Assembly (NCBI GenBank): GCA_963924565.1
Contig: OZ004609.1
Location: 30,814,001-30,878,000 of the forward strand
DNA from: Ascidiella aspersa
Taxonomy: Eukaryota
Length of the DNA stretch: 64,000 nt
Reading direction: 5' to 3'
The notes beneath the pieces are model-generated. The model saw only the letters and a list, made by a program, of their open reading frames with translations, was not told the origin of the DNA and searched no databases. The translations under genes were made by a program, and so were the position numbers. Shown piece after piece: positions 12,801-26,300 of this stretch (the stretch's first letter is position 1; every line of letters begins with the position of its first letter).

Positions 12801-15585
12801 TATTTTTGCTGTAGACAGCAAGGCGAATGAGTGTCAATCAGTACTCGGGCCTAAATTGGCGAGTGCAAATTCCCAACCCTAAAATAAAATTCATGCAAAA
12901 CAAGATAAAATTTGTTTTCCAAACATTTGCAAACAATAAAAAAAAATTAAAAGTTAATACAAAATGACAAATGTACGAACTAATTAAAAATTATCAGGCG
13001 TAAAACACTAACAATATACCAACTATCCAATATACAAACTTTTTAGGCGTTTAGCTCTATAGCCTATACTTGTTACAATTTTGATACAATTCCTGTAAAT
13101 CCGTTTACTTGTCGACCCTGTAAATTGTTTAAATTGTTTAAGTATGCCAAATTGTATTTGCTGAAACGATAAATAGAGGATAGAGTGGTAGGATTAATTT
13201 GTCATAAACAACACGCAGTTGGTTGGCCGAAGCGCGCTATCTTTTCCTTTATAACGCTTACTTACGGTAAAATTATGGTCGGGTCAAACAGGCGTAAAAT
13301 TGAAACAGGACAATGGGACATTTAAAGAGAATTTTTAACGATTTTTGGTAGTTTATGGGCCGTAAATTTTGTCAGCCTTTCAAAGGTCGAAATCTCCGTA
13401 CATTTCTGATAAAACGTTTAGCAGCGTTGCTGTAAAAATGTTCAAATACAACAAAAGACCTTTGCTAGAACGAATATTTTTTTTGCAAGAAATTGCTTTG
13501 TAGTGTTTAAATTGCTGCATTACGTTAAAAATGTAGCAGGACAATAAAGCTTTCGGGGTTTATTTTTATAACGTTGCCCGTAAAAACGTTCAAATACGCC
13601 TAAATACGTTTCCTAGAAAGAATAAAGTTTTGCAAGAATTCGGTTGAAGCGTTTTAACAATTTTCGCTTAAATTATTTGTCTTGCCGATTTACAATAAAC
13701 TGATTTGCTGCGTTACAAAGAACCGCATTGTCCTCAAATTATTTCCAAGCGCTTTTAATAAACGGATACGCTTATTTGCGCCTCCCTATATAAACAGCCT
13801 GCACGATAAGGACCCTTTCGTCAATTGGATTTCCAGTAAGCCGACAAGTTTTCGCGTTTTCGTGACGTGTCGAAAGTGTTCGGCCGGATTGTGAAATCGC
13901 GTGTTCCCGGCAAATAGGCGGCGTTTATCAGAAATTCTGGTCCGATTCGACTATTTGCCCGTGTTACACTCTCGACCGCCCATCGCCTTTTTTCACGCGC
14001 CCCTTCGGCGGCGTTGGGCAAAGGGCAGTTCGCCGATTTTCACGGCGTCGCCGAATTTTACGCTCCCATCGCGCCCGATATGTTTGCTCTTCCGGTAAAA
14101 AAGGGTCGGCGCGCGGTTATCGGAAATTTTAAACAGATTCCGCCGAATAGAGCATTATTGGAAAAGCCATTATGTTGCCAGGCAGGGCGCTGTCGAGTGT
14201 ATTACACCGTTGTGCAGTTCAAATTGGACTATAGGTTGGTCGCTTACAGGCTGCTCCTTATAATGCTTTAAGTAAAATGGGAAAAGTCGAGGTTATACAC
14301 AAAAATGCTGGTGGTGGCATGCACAAGATACGTTTGCGAATCTTTTTGAATTGACGTTGGATTTTGCTTTCAACTAATGAAATAACAGAAACGACTTTGG
14401 AAATGCGGGAAGGCGGTTTTATCGAGTTGATACGCCGTTAGCTTTTAGGCGTATTTTGAAAGATGAAATCTGCATTAGGTGTTGTAAGACATAGATATGT
14501 ATAGATTAAAAAATGTGAAATACAGTAAAAGTCCTGGACAAAAAATAAAGACAGTGATAATCGTCTGTTATCACAACCTTTAAATATTAATCGCAGCTCA
14601 AAAGTATCCGTAGATAAATACTCTATACTATTTTAATGCGCATAGTAGCATATATCCGCGCACAGTTTATTAATCAATCGCAAGTCTTATTTAGCCTTTG
14701 TCGAAACCTCCAAACATTACTCAGCTACAGAATCACGCCTGCTTGTCACATCCCTAAAAGTTTCAGCAGCAACAAGCCTATAGCTCTCATAAACGCTTAT
14801 CGGGGAAGAGCAGCTAATCAACTCAGGTGCGTTGGGTCAACTATTCCCCTCCAATCCACTTTGTAGCGCGACGGCCTTGGACCTACTCAGTGACCCGAGT
14901 TACTAGAAATGATCGTCGCTCGCTTCGTATACTGAAGGAGAAAAAGCCGCATCTCGTAAAGTCCGTGACGTAGAGGCGCCGGCAAAGCCAGCGACCTGCT
15001 GCTGGCAAATAGGCCTTGGATAGAGGGCCTTGTCGAAACGTGTGGATTTGCTGTAAGCAGGCGCGTCAAGTTTTCATTTTAAAGACAATTTTCCAGAGTT
15101 TTTGCTGCGGAATTATGGTCCTAGTTTTAGAAGTTAAAAAAGGTGAAAATTTCACTGGTATACTTGTTTGAAGTGTGCTGTTAACCACCTGAGAGGGCGG
15201 GAAGGTACAGCAAAAGAGATAGTTTAGGTTATATTTCAGGATTGCTACCCCAAATTTTGTCATACCTAAAAATTTAATTTTGTGTTAGACGATTTAGTGA
15301 GTGCGTTCATTTCCTATACATAGTAAGTTTGACGTGCAGGGACCTGAGTAGTTAGTTTGTTTGTTTTACGGATTACAACGACGTTTTTACGATTTCGAGG
15401 TCGACCGGCATAAAGTTCAAATGCTATCCACGAGTTCAATATTTCCTGAAAGGTGGCATTCACATTGTTAAAGCGCAAAACATTGTTTAATACTGTATTT
15501 TCAGGTAATATGTATATCAAAAAAAAAAAAAAAAATTAAGAACGGTATTATAATTGTCAACAAAAATTAGTGTGTAGCGTAAGAT

Positions 15586-15909
15586 AAAGTATGACGACCA
15601 TTTTAAAACCACCTGTTCTTCTTTTCGTATAGTGTGCAACATACCCTTGTCCCCGTGTAATTTGAATTAAAAAAAAAGAAAACAAAATACTGTTTTGCAT
15701 TTAACTTAAACAACTATAAACATTGATGTTTCATAAATAGAAGCTCTGTCCTCAAAGTATGACGACCATTTTAAAACCACTTTTTCTCTTTTTGGTAATG
15801 TGCAGCATACCCTTGTTCCCATTTAGCTTGAATTAAAAAAAAAAGATTTTGCAATTAAATTAAGCAACTAAACATTGATGTTCCGTGAATAGAAGCTTTG
15901 TCCCAAAGT
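15586..15909. repeat. Two-copy tandem duplication (~150-170 bp unit)
   Basis: aaagtatgacgaccattttaaaaccac...cataccctt...aacattgatgtt...aatagaagct.tgtcc.caaagt starts at 15586 and again at 15754. Confidence 0.9.
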
Positions 15910-15922
15910 CCGATCAACCAGC

Positions 15923-15946
15923 ATGCCCGTTCGTCTGCGGTCCAAG
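15923..15946 (+). CDS. Putative first coding micro-exon of the SOCS gene (MPVRLRSK)
   Basis: agcATG with A at -3, then 8 codons and a consensus donor AAG|GTAAGT at 15947. Phase 0 matches the acceptor at 17505. The 17505 exon has an in-frame TAA upstream at 17454 and no ATG near its start. Confidence 0.5.
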
Positions 15947-16908
15947 GTAAGTAGCCGGAACTGCATAAATAGAAAGAAAGTTTTCTGCAAGCGGACGCAA
16001 CCGAAAACAACAGTTTGCCACGGGAAAACGGTTTGCCCAAGGCGCGAGGCAGCTTAGCGATTTCTCTCTTTCTGGTCTGTGTTATGCGTCGAATCTAACG
16101 ACGGATTTCCTTTGCGCTGGAAAGGTTAAAACGGCCGCTGTTTTGCTCGCAAACAACTGCTTATTGTAGCGCGCTTCGGCCGGCTCGCGATATGACCGTT
16201 TTGCCTTTCTGCAATATAACACGGGTTTGACCGGCTGTTGGCTGCTGCCCTGCGTCTTGAGCCTAAAATTATGTATGTCAGCAAAATTTAAAGTTAATTT
16301 CTTCACTTTCGTTTTATCCCCGCTTTTGAAAACACCTAAATAAAGCCATATGTTTTTGCAACGCATTCCGGTGTTTCCAAGGCGAAAAATTCTCCTGCAT
16401 TTTAACTGAGTCGGCTTGGTTTTAACCTACCTACAGCTTTTTAACCTTTCTTATCGATCTCGCAAAAGGTTATTTTTGGCGCGTTGCCAACTTGCGACCG
16501 CACTGCTTGCGTTGCTGCTGGAAAAAATAACTCAACACGAATTTGTTGAGTGTTTGACGGAATCGGGAGGTACATCTATTGGAAAATTCGCTTCTCAGCA
16601 TCACTTTTTAAGCAAACTTAAGCGAATTTATCACTGCAATATTTTATTTTTGTTTTCAAGCTTCATTACCGGTTAACTAATGGCTTAATTCAGAAAGATA
16701 CCATTAAAAAACATTTTTTATACGCCGTTTCCGAGTCGGTGTTTTGAATTTGAAAAAATAAAAACGGAATTCGGTGTGATTAAAGTCCTTCTATAAGTGA
16801 ACAACTAAAAACAAAAGTCAAAAACAACCCCAGCAGATCTGCCGAAACTGCCAAACTGTCAATCAAATATGGTGTTGATATACCTTGCATCAGCAACAAT
16901 AAATAAAC

Positions 16909-17409
16909 CAGTGATTCTCAAACTTTTAAGCCCAAACCCTTTTGCCTTCCTAAAAGTATGGTGCATCTGCGACTTTTAAACGCCGGAACTTAAAAATGAG
17001 CCGTATAATATTAGCCTTGACATTCACAACATGTACTCATGCAAACCACTTACACAAGCAGTCAATGGTGTATTTATTTTAACAAATGTTATGCGCGTAA
17101 GGTGTTTTGGTACTGGAACGGCTTGACAAATTTCCCAAAGCGGCTCCCTCAAAACATACCCAACAGCAGCTATATTTTGTATAGACTTCTATAAAATAGC
17201 GGTCTCTTAAAAAATGAACTTTGCTGTCAGCCCAATCGTAAATAAATGGCTGTGCAAACATATTGAAACTTCCTTTTTTGACCCCGGCGCACGGCGCTTT
17301 ATGACCTTTAAAATGGCACGACTGTATTAAAACTGATTTTCATTTTACTGTGTAGCGTTAAAATACGTTGCAAATACGCTACACGTATACTTAAGTTTGG
17401 CAACCACTG
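16909..17409. mobile_element. Old hAT(Charlie)-like MITE
   Basis: Imperfect TIRs CAGTGATTCTCAAACTT and AAGTTTGGCAACCACTG. The flanking 8-mers share TAAAC. Confidence 0.5.
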
Positions 17410-17504
17410 TCCTAAACGCCCGAGACCACCGCCGCAAATAAAAAGTCCCGTTTTAAGCGCCAGTCTCCAGACGCGCTTTAACACTTTCCTTCTCTTCCGA
17501 GCAG

Positions 17505-18774
17505 AAACGCGACAAGCCAGCTTTGCCCGCTCTGCTTTCGGATCGCACCAAGGCAGAGCCCAACTACTACTTCAACAACAATGAAGCGTCGGGCGCCACC
17601 AAGCGACTGGAGGAGGACGACGACAAGAAAAAGGGAGAGGACCTCATCGTCAACACCGATCCAGTGGAACCCGCTCCGGAGCAGGAGGAGCAAGGAGCAG
17701 AAAACGCGCTCCTTCCTCAGCCGCTCATCATCGACTTAGAACCGCTCGAGTGTTCGCGCGAAACGCCGCCTCCGCTCGCGAACTTGCGCGAAAACGCGCG
17801 AAACGCCGCCGCTTCGCTGGAGGAGCGCCCGAAGATGGAGGCTGGCGAACCACAAGGGCAGCTGGAATTCGCATCAATGCGCGGAGCCGCCGCCGCCAGT
17901 AGCTTTCAGTTACATAACAGTGCCCCGCGGGCGTCTTACGCAACTGGTAAAGTTATGCAACCTCGGCTCGTAGTACCAGCGGCTGAGAGACGCGCGATCA
18001 AGCCAGATCAGTGCGGCTCAGAAGCCTCGGCCGCTCCAGCTCTCAGCGCCGCCGTCAACTTCGCCGACTGCGCCGACTTTCACGACTGGAAAGGATTCGA
18101 AGCCGACGCCGCCATTTCGGACTGGGCCGACCCGGGACACGACATGAAGCGGCACCACCCCGACTCGACCACCGCCGACCTGCAATGGGGCTGGGTGTCG
18201 CAGACGCGTGACGTCACGCCGTGTGACGTCACCGCCAACCGCTGCTCGTGCGACTTTCTCCCGACTCCGGTGGACCACCACCACCACCATCTCCGACGAT
18301 CCACCGTCAACAATTGCTGCAGCAGCACCCCGGCCGGATGTGACGTGTGCGCGCAAGGCATGACGTCACAAAGGGCGAGGAACAAGTGGCAGCAGGAGTC
18401 GTGGCGGGCGCCCCTCCCACGCTCGCACTCAAGGTCCTGCTTCCGCGCCGCCCACCAGTGCCGCAACCGCCGCCTCCAGCATCAAGTATGCTCCTCCTGT
18501 CATCCGTGCTCCTGTTCCTCTTCGACGTCTTCTCCTACTCAAGAGGCTCCCAGGAGGAGCCGGAGCGCAGTGCTCTTCACCATCCTAGATGAGGACGCTG
18601 TCGAACGGCGTCCGCGCATCCTCGAGTTCGATAACGCTCCGGAAGAAAGAAGGGAAGACGATGGTTTCTCCTCCTCCTCTTCTTGGGACTCGCATCTGGA
18701 CTCTCGCGATCCCCGATGTTACGGATGCGAGCAATGCGACATCAACAGCGAGAGCATGGACTGGTGCGACGAAG
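17505..18774 (+). CDS. SOCS: SOCS gene, large N-terminal coding exon (low-complexity; acidic then Cys/His/Ser-rich)
   Basis: GC-rich open frame of more than 420 codons in AT-rich surroundings. Acceptor ttccttctcttccgagcag|AAA and donor GAA G|gttagc (phase 1), which fits the phase-1 acceptor at 34780 (WCDE-E-FNCTQ). Confidence 0.75.
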
Positions 18775-21700
18775 GTTAGCCCTTTTGATTTTTTGTGATT
18801 TTTTTCAAAGGGCATTAAAACATTAAAGGGAATTTTTTTTCTGATTTAAAGAATAGAAGTAAACTTAGGTACAAGCAACATTGTCCGAATATTGACAATT
18901 GTATGTTGGAAATTTGTTACTGAACAGCGTATTTCAAAGTCACTTGATCCGTTTAGTCTAATGTGTCAGCGGTAGTTAGCAAACTTTTGCACATGTCGTA
19001 TTTACGGCAAATATTTGCGTAGACTACAGATAAATTTACGGTGAGATAAATGTGCAATGGCTGTGGAATTCTTCAAAAAAGAAGTAATCTGGAATTTATT
19101 CTGCTAATCTGCCTTATTTAATTTTTACTTTGGGGTTTAATTTGGGCCTTGTACTAGGTTAGAGGTCTTTATTTGGTAAGATATATTAAAAATAATTTTT
19201 TATTTTTTATTTTTGTAACTGCAGGTCGAAATACCTTTATGGCTCTACCTTAATTTTAGTATTGTTAGAAATAGATGCTGTACGAAAAGGTAGGATTTTT
19301 AGATAATACTGTTTTTCACCAACAGTTTTTAATGTTGAGGGCCTTTCACAAATGCCATCACGTTTGCAATACATTACTGCTGCGTTGTTAATTTACCACT
19401 TTTACCTCCAAGAGTTTAGCCGGTTTTCACCGCCAAAACATTACACTTTCGTGAACACCACAAGTGCTCACGCAAGGATAGTTCAGGAGAGGGCACAGCC
19501 AGTTTAGATAAGGCTGTGGTTCCGGATTTGCACTTCGGTTCGCTGTGTTTACCCGTCTGCCTTAAACACGCACCAATAAGCCAATTGCCATATGCCTGTT
19601 AAAATGTATCTATATGTCTAAAATGCGTCAGGTACTTTGCTAATAGAACTTGAAGTTCGCATTTAACGTTTATAGCTGCCAATTCGACCTGGTGTTTTCT
19701 AGGACGAGATAATTAGGAAACCGATTTGGGCGCTGCTTGACGCAAGAGTGATCAGAAAAGTTTCTTTTCTCAGAATTAGACGTAATGGACTTTACATTGG
19801 TGTGCCTTCTCAATTAATCGGCTTGTTTGTTGGGTGTTATCACAGCTGTACCGCCATTTATTGATATGTGTGTTGATGATTTTAAAAATTACGCAAGTCA
19901 CAAACTACGTCAGTTTCTCCTAATTGCCCTAAGGCTAAGAACATGATTCACAATTCCAAAGGGCTGCGGTCAATACCGGAATTCGCTTTACCATAATGTC
20001 GTTTCTCGGTTTACTACATCACTGTAACTTGGTTTATCAGCTCATTATTTTTACACTAAGCGCGATCGAAGTGTAACGCTTGGCTCAAGGTATCACCGAC
20101 TGCCCCTGGAAATAACAATTTTATGGCTTTTCAAGAAGCGCTTTGAGTCATCTCACTTCCGAGAACTGTTTTTGTTTTGTCGTTAATTTGCGAGTAAATG
20201 TGACGCGGAGCGCCGTAGTATTTGCTCGCTTACCGATCGGAAATTTTGGTTTTCCGATAAGCCTTTGTGTTTGGACCTTTCCGAGAAGCCTTGAGCGCAT
20301 TGTGCGGTTTTTGTGGGAAAACTGAAGCAGGCAAACTGTCAACTGTGCTTTTTAGGTTATGTGTTTCTTAAAAAAAGGAAAACCGCATTAAAAAATGACA
20401 AACAGCTTTCAATTACTGCCCTTCTGCTGAATAATTGAGTACTAAGTTGTACGGAAAATTTCCTTTAGCAACAGAGTTAGGGCTACAGGTTTAAACCTAT
20501 AAACGCCAGGAGGCATCCATTTTGTCCTGTTTGCCAAAGTCGTTGGACTCGTGACCCCAACTTTGCGTGTTTACCCAGCGTAAACCAGGTCTTGCCTTTC
20601 ACCCCGGTTCGTCTGCCCCATTGGCAAATACGCGCTGCAAAGGCCCAACTACTTGAAGCCTTAAACAGGGTGCGAATGTGTGTTGGCGAAGGCATCCTTT
20701 AACTTATAATCAAATCCTGTTTCGGTACTGTGCGCCTCAGGGTGGCGCCCACGAGCTATCGTGTGATCAGTTTTTTTAGGAAAACGACTTTTTAAGTGAC
20801 CCTAAAAACGGGAATATAGCAGCGGTTAAAAGCGCTAATGTTAAAAGCGCTAACGTTGTCGTATGTCGCAAAGCTAGGCGCCTCTTTATCTGTTGACAGC
20901 AATCGGCAACTCTGAAATGTAACTCGCGAAATATGCAAAACCGTTAAAAAAGAAAAAAATCAAGTTCTAGAAAACAATATACTCTGCTCTTAATTAGAAA
21001 ACCATAATTTATTCACTATAACATTTTCACTAGTTTGACAATATTTAACAACAATACTATAGTTTGACAATGTAACAACAGCTAACATGCGTTGGCCTGC
21101 GAAAACCGCCTTCGGATAACTTTCGGCGCAATTATAAGAGAACCGCGCTGACTTTTCGTAGTCTGTTTCTCGCAACGCGAATGCATATGTTCGTGCAACA
21201 GAAATAGTGTGTCAACTTACGCAACCTCTGGCCGATTGGGTTAAATTCGAATCAGCTGGAAATTTCGAGCCAACTCGATTTGGAACGAACCGCGCACGCG
21301 CAAGTCGCATTTGACGCACGCACGTCGATTCGGTGACGTTTTTGCGTCGGTTTCCAGCGACGTCGCGTGCGTGCGTCGGGGCGCCCGAGGCGACGCAGAA
21401 AGAGGGCTATTTTTCGGTCAGCGAAACGCCACCAGTGCGGTGAGCCGTTACCGGCCTTGCGGTTGACTGGCAAACCAGCCTGGTAACATTTTTGGTGATT
21501 TGTGACAAATTTATTTCGTGGCATTTGTTTTGTGCGTTACGGTTTCGCAGTTTTTTGCTCCTGAGGCGCTGAAATTTTGTGTATTAGCAAAAATTTAACC
21601 CTAAATGCTAGAGTTGGTGTTTGTTTGAGCGAAAGACTAGATTTCGGATTTAACTCATGAAAAACGGGTTGTGGGGTTTAATGTAAAAAATTGCTGTAAA

Positions 21701-23248
21701 TTTTGTATAGTTTGCGCATAGGAAAATATGCTTGTTCGCCTACTTGCTTGCACCTATAAAACGTGAGCTGATGTAGCTGACACAAATGTCGCAGGTCGGG
21801 TCATTTACAGAATATTGGGATTAATTTTTAGCAGAAAAGTATTTAAAGTGGTTTATAATACCCAACAGGAGGTTGAGAGTCAGGAATCAGTTAATTGCAA
21901 AGTTTCGAGAACCGCGGTTCCAATGGATTATTTTAAAAGCAAACTTATGATAACTGGGTTTAAGTACTTTTTTAAACCCAGAATGTACAAAAAGTCGGGT
22001 CACAGTGTTTATTATTGCTTTTGCGCCCAGCCTTATAATGAAAGGCTTTACAGTACGGGCGAACTTTGTCAATCATTAACCAACGGGAAGGGAAACTGGG
22101 ACTTGTAAATAAACGGCGAATAACGGTAAACGAAGGCTTGCGGCTTGGGCGTCCTCCTATTTACAAAACTCATTAGGCGCTTTCAGGGTAGTAAGGGTGA
22201 GAATGATATATCACTGCAGCTATTTTGCAAGGCATCAAACGGAATGTGAGTTTTACGAGCCGAAGGTGTTAACGTTTGCGCAGCAGTGCGGAAATTTTAT
22301 TTACAAGTATAGAAGAAAGCAAGGTAAACTCGATTTTTACCTCAATGTTAAAAATACAGCTAAAGTAAACAACATTCAGAATAAGTGTGGCTTTTTACAA
22401 ATATTGTGAATGTGTAACATCACCGTGTTAAACTTGTCTTCTTTCATGCGGTTCATTACCCTCAAAAAGGTGTAAAAAACGAAATGCGCAACAGTTGACC
22501 GATCATACTTCGCGAGTTTGACTCAGTGTTACCCGCTACTCGGCCGACCGACTCAAGTATCTGTATGTGTTTTTTTTTAGGAAAAATATTGATTTAAACA
22601 TTTTTGCCGACAAAATCTTCACGGAAGCCGTGGCCTGTCGAAAAAGAAATCCGTGTGACGCGATTAGCGGTCGAGTTTACGTTGTTTAGGACGAGGCAGG
22701 CAAATAACAAACGCGTCATTTTGACGTCAATGGGGTGAAAGGCGAGACATGTTTTGGGGTCCCAGATCGCGCGGCGTATTTTTTTGAAAAACTTGCGGCG
22801 AAACCGCTCACTTCCGAACCGACGGAAGACAGCTGTTAAGTCTGTTTGTGGTTATTTAAAGCGGCGGTTGTTTTGCCTTTGTCGCAAATGTTTAAAACAG
22901 AATAGAAAAATTAAAGATAGAAGTCTGTCTCTGGTGACCCACTAATAATTTTTAAGGTCCTGCGCCAAAAGTATATAATTACACATCTAGGCTTTTTGCG
23001 AGACATCTTGAGAAAATTGAAATACTTTTACGGACAACTTCACAAACACTGACCTTTATACGCTGGATAGCGTTCAAACAATGTGCGAAAACCTATTTTC
23101 GTTTTTTATAGTGGTTTTAAACAAAAAAGCGAGCCTTTGCTTACAAATCGCCCTAATAAACCGAACAACGGGATAAGAAACGCGCAAAGCATTTTATCTC
23201 AATTTTTATGTCGTTTACCTCGCGTGGTGTTGAGCGTAGTATTGTTGC

Positions 23249-23306
23249 ATTCACTGATGAAGGCATCCTCAATCTATAAGGTTGTCGAAACGTTGGAGAC
23301 AATAAA
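23249..23306 (+). ncRNA. Hammerhead ribozyme core, probably a degenerate Penelope-like remnant, in the long SOCS intron
   Basis: CUGAUGA-A-GGCAUCCU(loop)AGGUUGUC-GAA-ACGU-U followed by AATAAA. Stem I pairing is only partial. Confidence 0.6.
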
Positions 23307-26300
23307 TAAGTACCGAAAGAGCTTGTTTTCAGAAAAAGCGCAAAGGCTGGTTTACAAGGGGAGCTTGCTTTCCAAGTTTGTTGATAAGAACCTTTACCCC
23401 GCTGTGCTTTTCCAGCCCCGGTTGTCGTGACCCTGGTGAGTTTAACTCAGCAAAAACGCCCCCGTTTCAGGTTGGGTGCCCTTTGGCGTCACAAGTTGAA
23501 CGCAGAATGTTTCACCGTTTCTCTTTACGCGCTCAAAGAGAATCGGGAAACGACCCGAAACACATTTTGCCAAGTTCGTTCGGTTGAGTGTTTCTAAGTA
23601 AGTAAATTTTATGTGCCACGCATAAGGATAAGTACAAGTCCCGCGGTAAGTCAGATCGTTATGAGTTTAGGAAGCACAAAGCTGAATTTCTAGAGATGAT
23701 TTTGGTTAGTTTGCCAGCCCCTTGATAATTTAATTTAACAATTTTAAAATATTATGCTTTTTTATTTTTAACAGAGCGAAAATTGTCCCTGAAGCGGCTG
23801 GAAAATAGGGTCGGCTATTTATAAACGGGCCTTGGCTTGAATAAAAGCGTTTTTACGACTCGTGTTTTTGCGATTTCCGAGAGTCGGAATAAGAGATAAA
23901 AGCGTGATTCACCTTAATTCTGCTTTTTTCGGCGTTATTGTCGCGGCCTTGGAATCCCTGCAAAACCTTTACGCCTACGGGGATGAATCACTGCGTGTTT
24001 TGGCAGCTCGGTGCGACAACAGTTTGGCTTCCGACCGCAACATTTTTAGCAAAATTACGACCAAATCCCGCAAGCCTTTACACGCGTGTTCTTTGTCCGC
24101 CTTGAGAGGTCTTTCTTTGTCAAGATCGAAGTGCCAGGCCTGGGTAAATTTTCTCACCTTGTGGACGCGTTGCTTTTGAACAGTTCTCTTTTTTTGATGT
24201 ATTATCCTTTTGAAAAGTTTTTTTGTTGTATTCAATTTCAAGATGCGCCCGACATCGTTTTGCGACCTACAAAACACGTTTAGTTCAAACCAGGCTTGTT
24301 TATTGCATACACCTTTTGTAATCCCGGTCGCAAATCCTGTGGCCGTAAAGTTTATCAACTGCCAACTGTTGTGTTGTGAAATGATGTGCCATTGTCCCTG
24401 ACCAAACGCAACGCTCTCACTCTCCTTGGTCAGTAACCTATTTCGCCCGCCGACCGTTCTAGAAGCTTCCTGAACCAAAAATACATCGCGTTATATTGTC
24501 AGACATTACGTGGGAATGTCCATAAAAACGCCAGTTTTTAACAACCTAAACAATTACAACTGGGTCAAAACGGCGGCAAGCTTTTGATGCGCGAACGAAT
24601 TACGCTTCGACGTGTTTTAGTGTTAGAGCGCCGGCAGCTTTTTCAGCTCCTGCGAAAAACCACGCGGCCGCCGTGTCATGCATTACAGCAGTGATTCTCG
24701 GCCTTTTATGGTTTACGGCACACCTAAAAAATAATAAATTGATTTTCGTCACCCCGACTCGAATTTTGTTGAGTATTTTACTGAATGTCACTATAAATGG
24801 ACCTGGAACAACACAATCCACTTTCAACATGTGGAAAATGTCATTTAATATAATGGTCTCTAATCGTAGACAAATAGTTCTATCAGAAGCTTACCAATTG
24901 TGCAAAAATCTAGAAATGGCACAGCAGGGCGCCGCAGCACCCCGGTTGAGAAGCACTGCATTAAAGGTAAGCTCCGCTTTCGCTACGTTACTCGCCAGTT
25001 CCTCGAATTTCACGCCCCGATTGGCACAGGCCTGTTTTGTTGTAGATATGGCGCCAATTTTACCCTTGGATTCGCTCCAGCTTTCGCAAAATGCCGCGAA
25101 CCCGAAAACGTCGCTTCTAGTTCCGGCGCCGCTCCGGTTTCGTTTCTTTGCCTTGTGGAATTCCCTGAAGGCGCTTTTTTCATCTATTGTTTCATCTAAT
25201 AACCTTGACATTAAGTACCCTTTCGCACGGTTTCGCCAATCGAGCATACGGCGTTGTCAAATAGCGGAACCGTTGGGCGCTAGAATTTCGCTCGATGGGC
25301 GAACGGCCGAACGCCTATAGTTTTTTGTTTGCGTTAGCGGAATGTATATTAAATTCGTTGAATCTAATAAAGGAATTTAATAAATTTTACAAGTTAAACA
25401 GTGTAACCTTCGAACTGGTAAATCACTTTAATCTGATAGACTTTATCTTTTCCATTAGGTAACTTTGCGTATTCTTCAGAATTATTATTGGAAGAGCATA
25501 CTGACGGCATTTATTGATTTTTTCATTACTTAACTTATGACACACGTGATAGAATTCATGCTCAAAAGTTTTCCAAGGGTTAACTGAACCTTATCGAATT
25601 CAGCTAAAATGTCCAATTCAGTCCAATTGTGAAATGAGAGTTTCCTAATTTGTGAAAAGAGTTCCGGTAAATTTGAGTCAGATTACTCAAATTTTGGTCA
25701 ACGTATGATTTACGGCGACACTTTATTAAAACTCGACCCTTCTGACGTGGAAAAAGAACGCAGCGTGGTTCAAGCGTTTTGTTTTACTTCAATGGGTGGC
25801 ATTGTTCCTTGAGAGCGGCTAAAAATCAACAACGTCTCGCTCGTTAACCACGTCCGTGCTTTCGAAACGTTTATTGTGACGGAAAGGTCGCTATCTCTGG
25901 GAAGCCGAAATGCGCCCTCGTAAAAACTATCGCCACCTTTTGTTTCGTAATAGCTGCGAGCGGCATCCAATGAAAGGCCGCATTCGAAGGCAAGGCAATT
26001 TTGCGATGACGCAATAAGCTCGTGAGAAAGACTGATCGAAAAGGCTTCTTTACATTATCCTTGTTCTACGAAGCCATTTATAATTTGGCCAATTAATGTG
26101 GCCATTAAAGATGCCAATTAACTGACCACGAAGCAAAAAACACGACTGAAAAAGGAATGAAGGCAAGTGCCTGAACGGGCTACAGCGGTGGTTCCCGAAT
26201 TGGGGTTCGTGGTGCCGTTTTACGGACAACAAATAGAAAGTGTTTAGTTCTTAAGCAAACGAAAAATATACCAAAAAGATTCTCACTTCGCTATATATTG

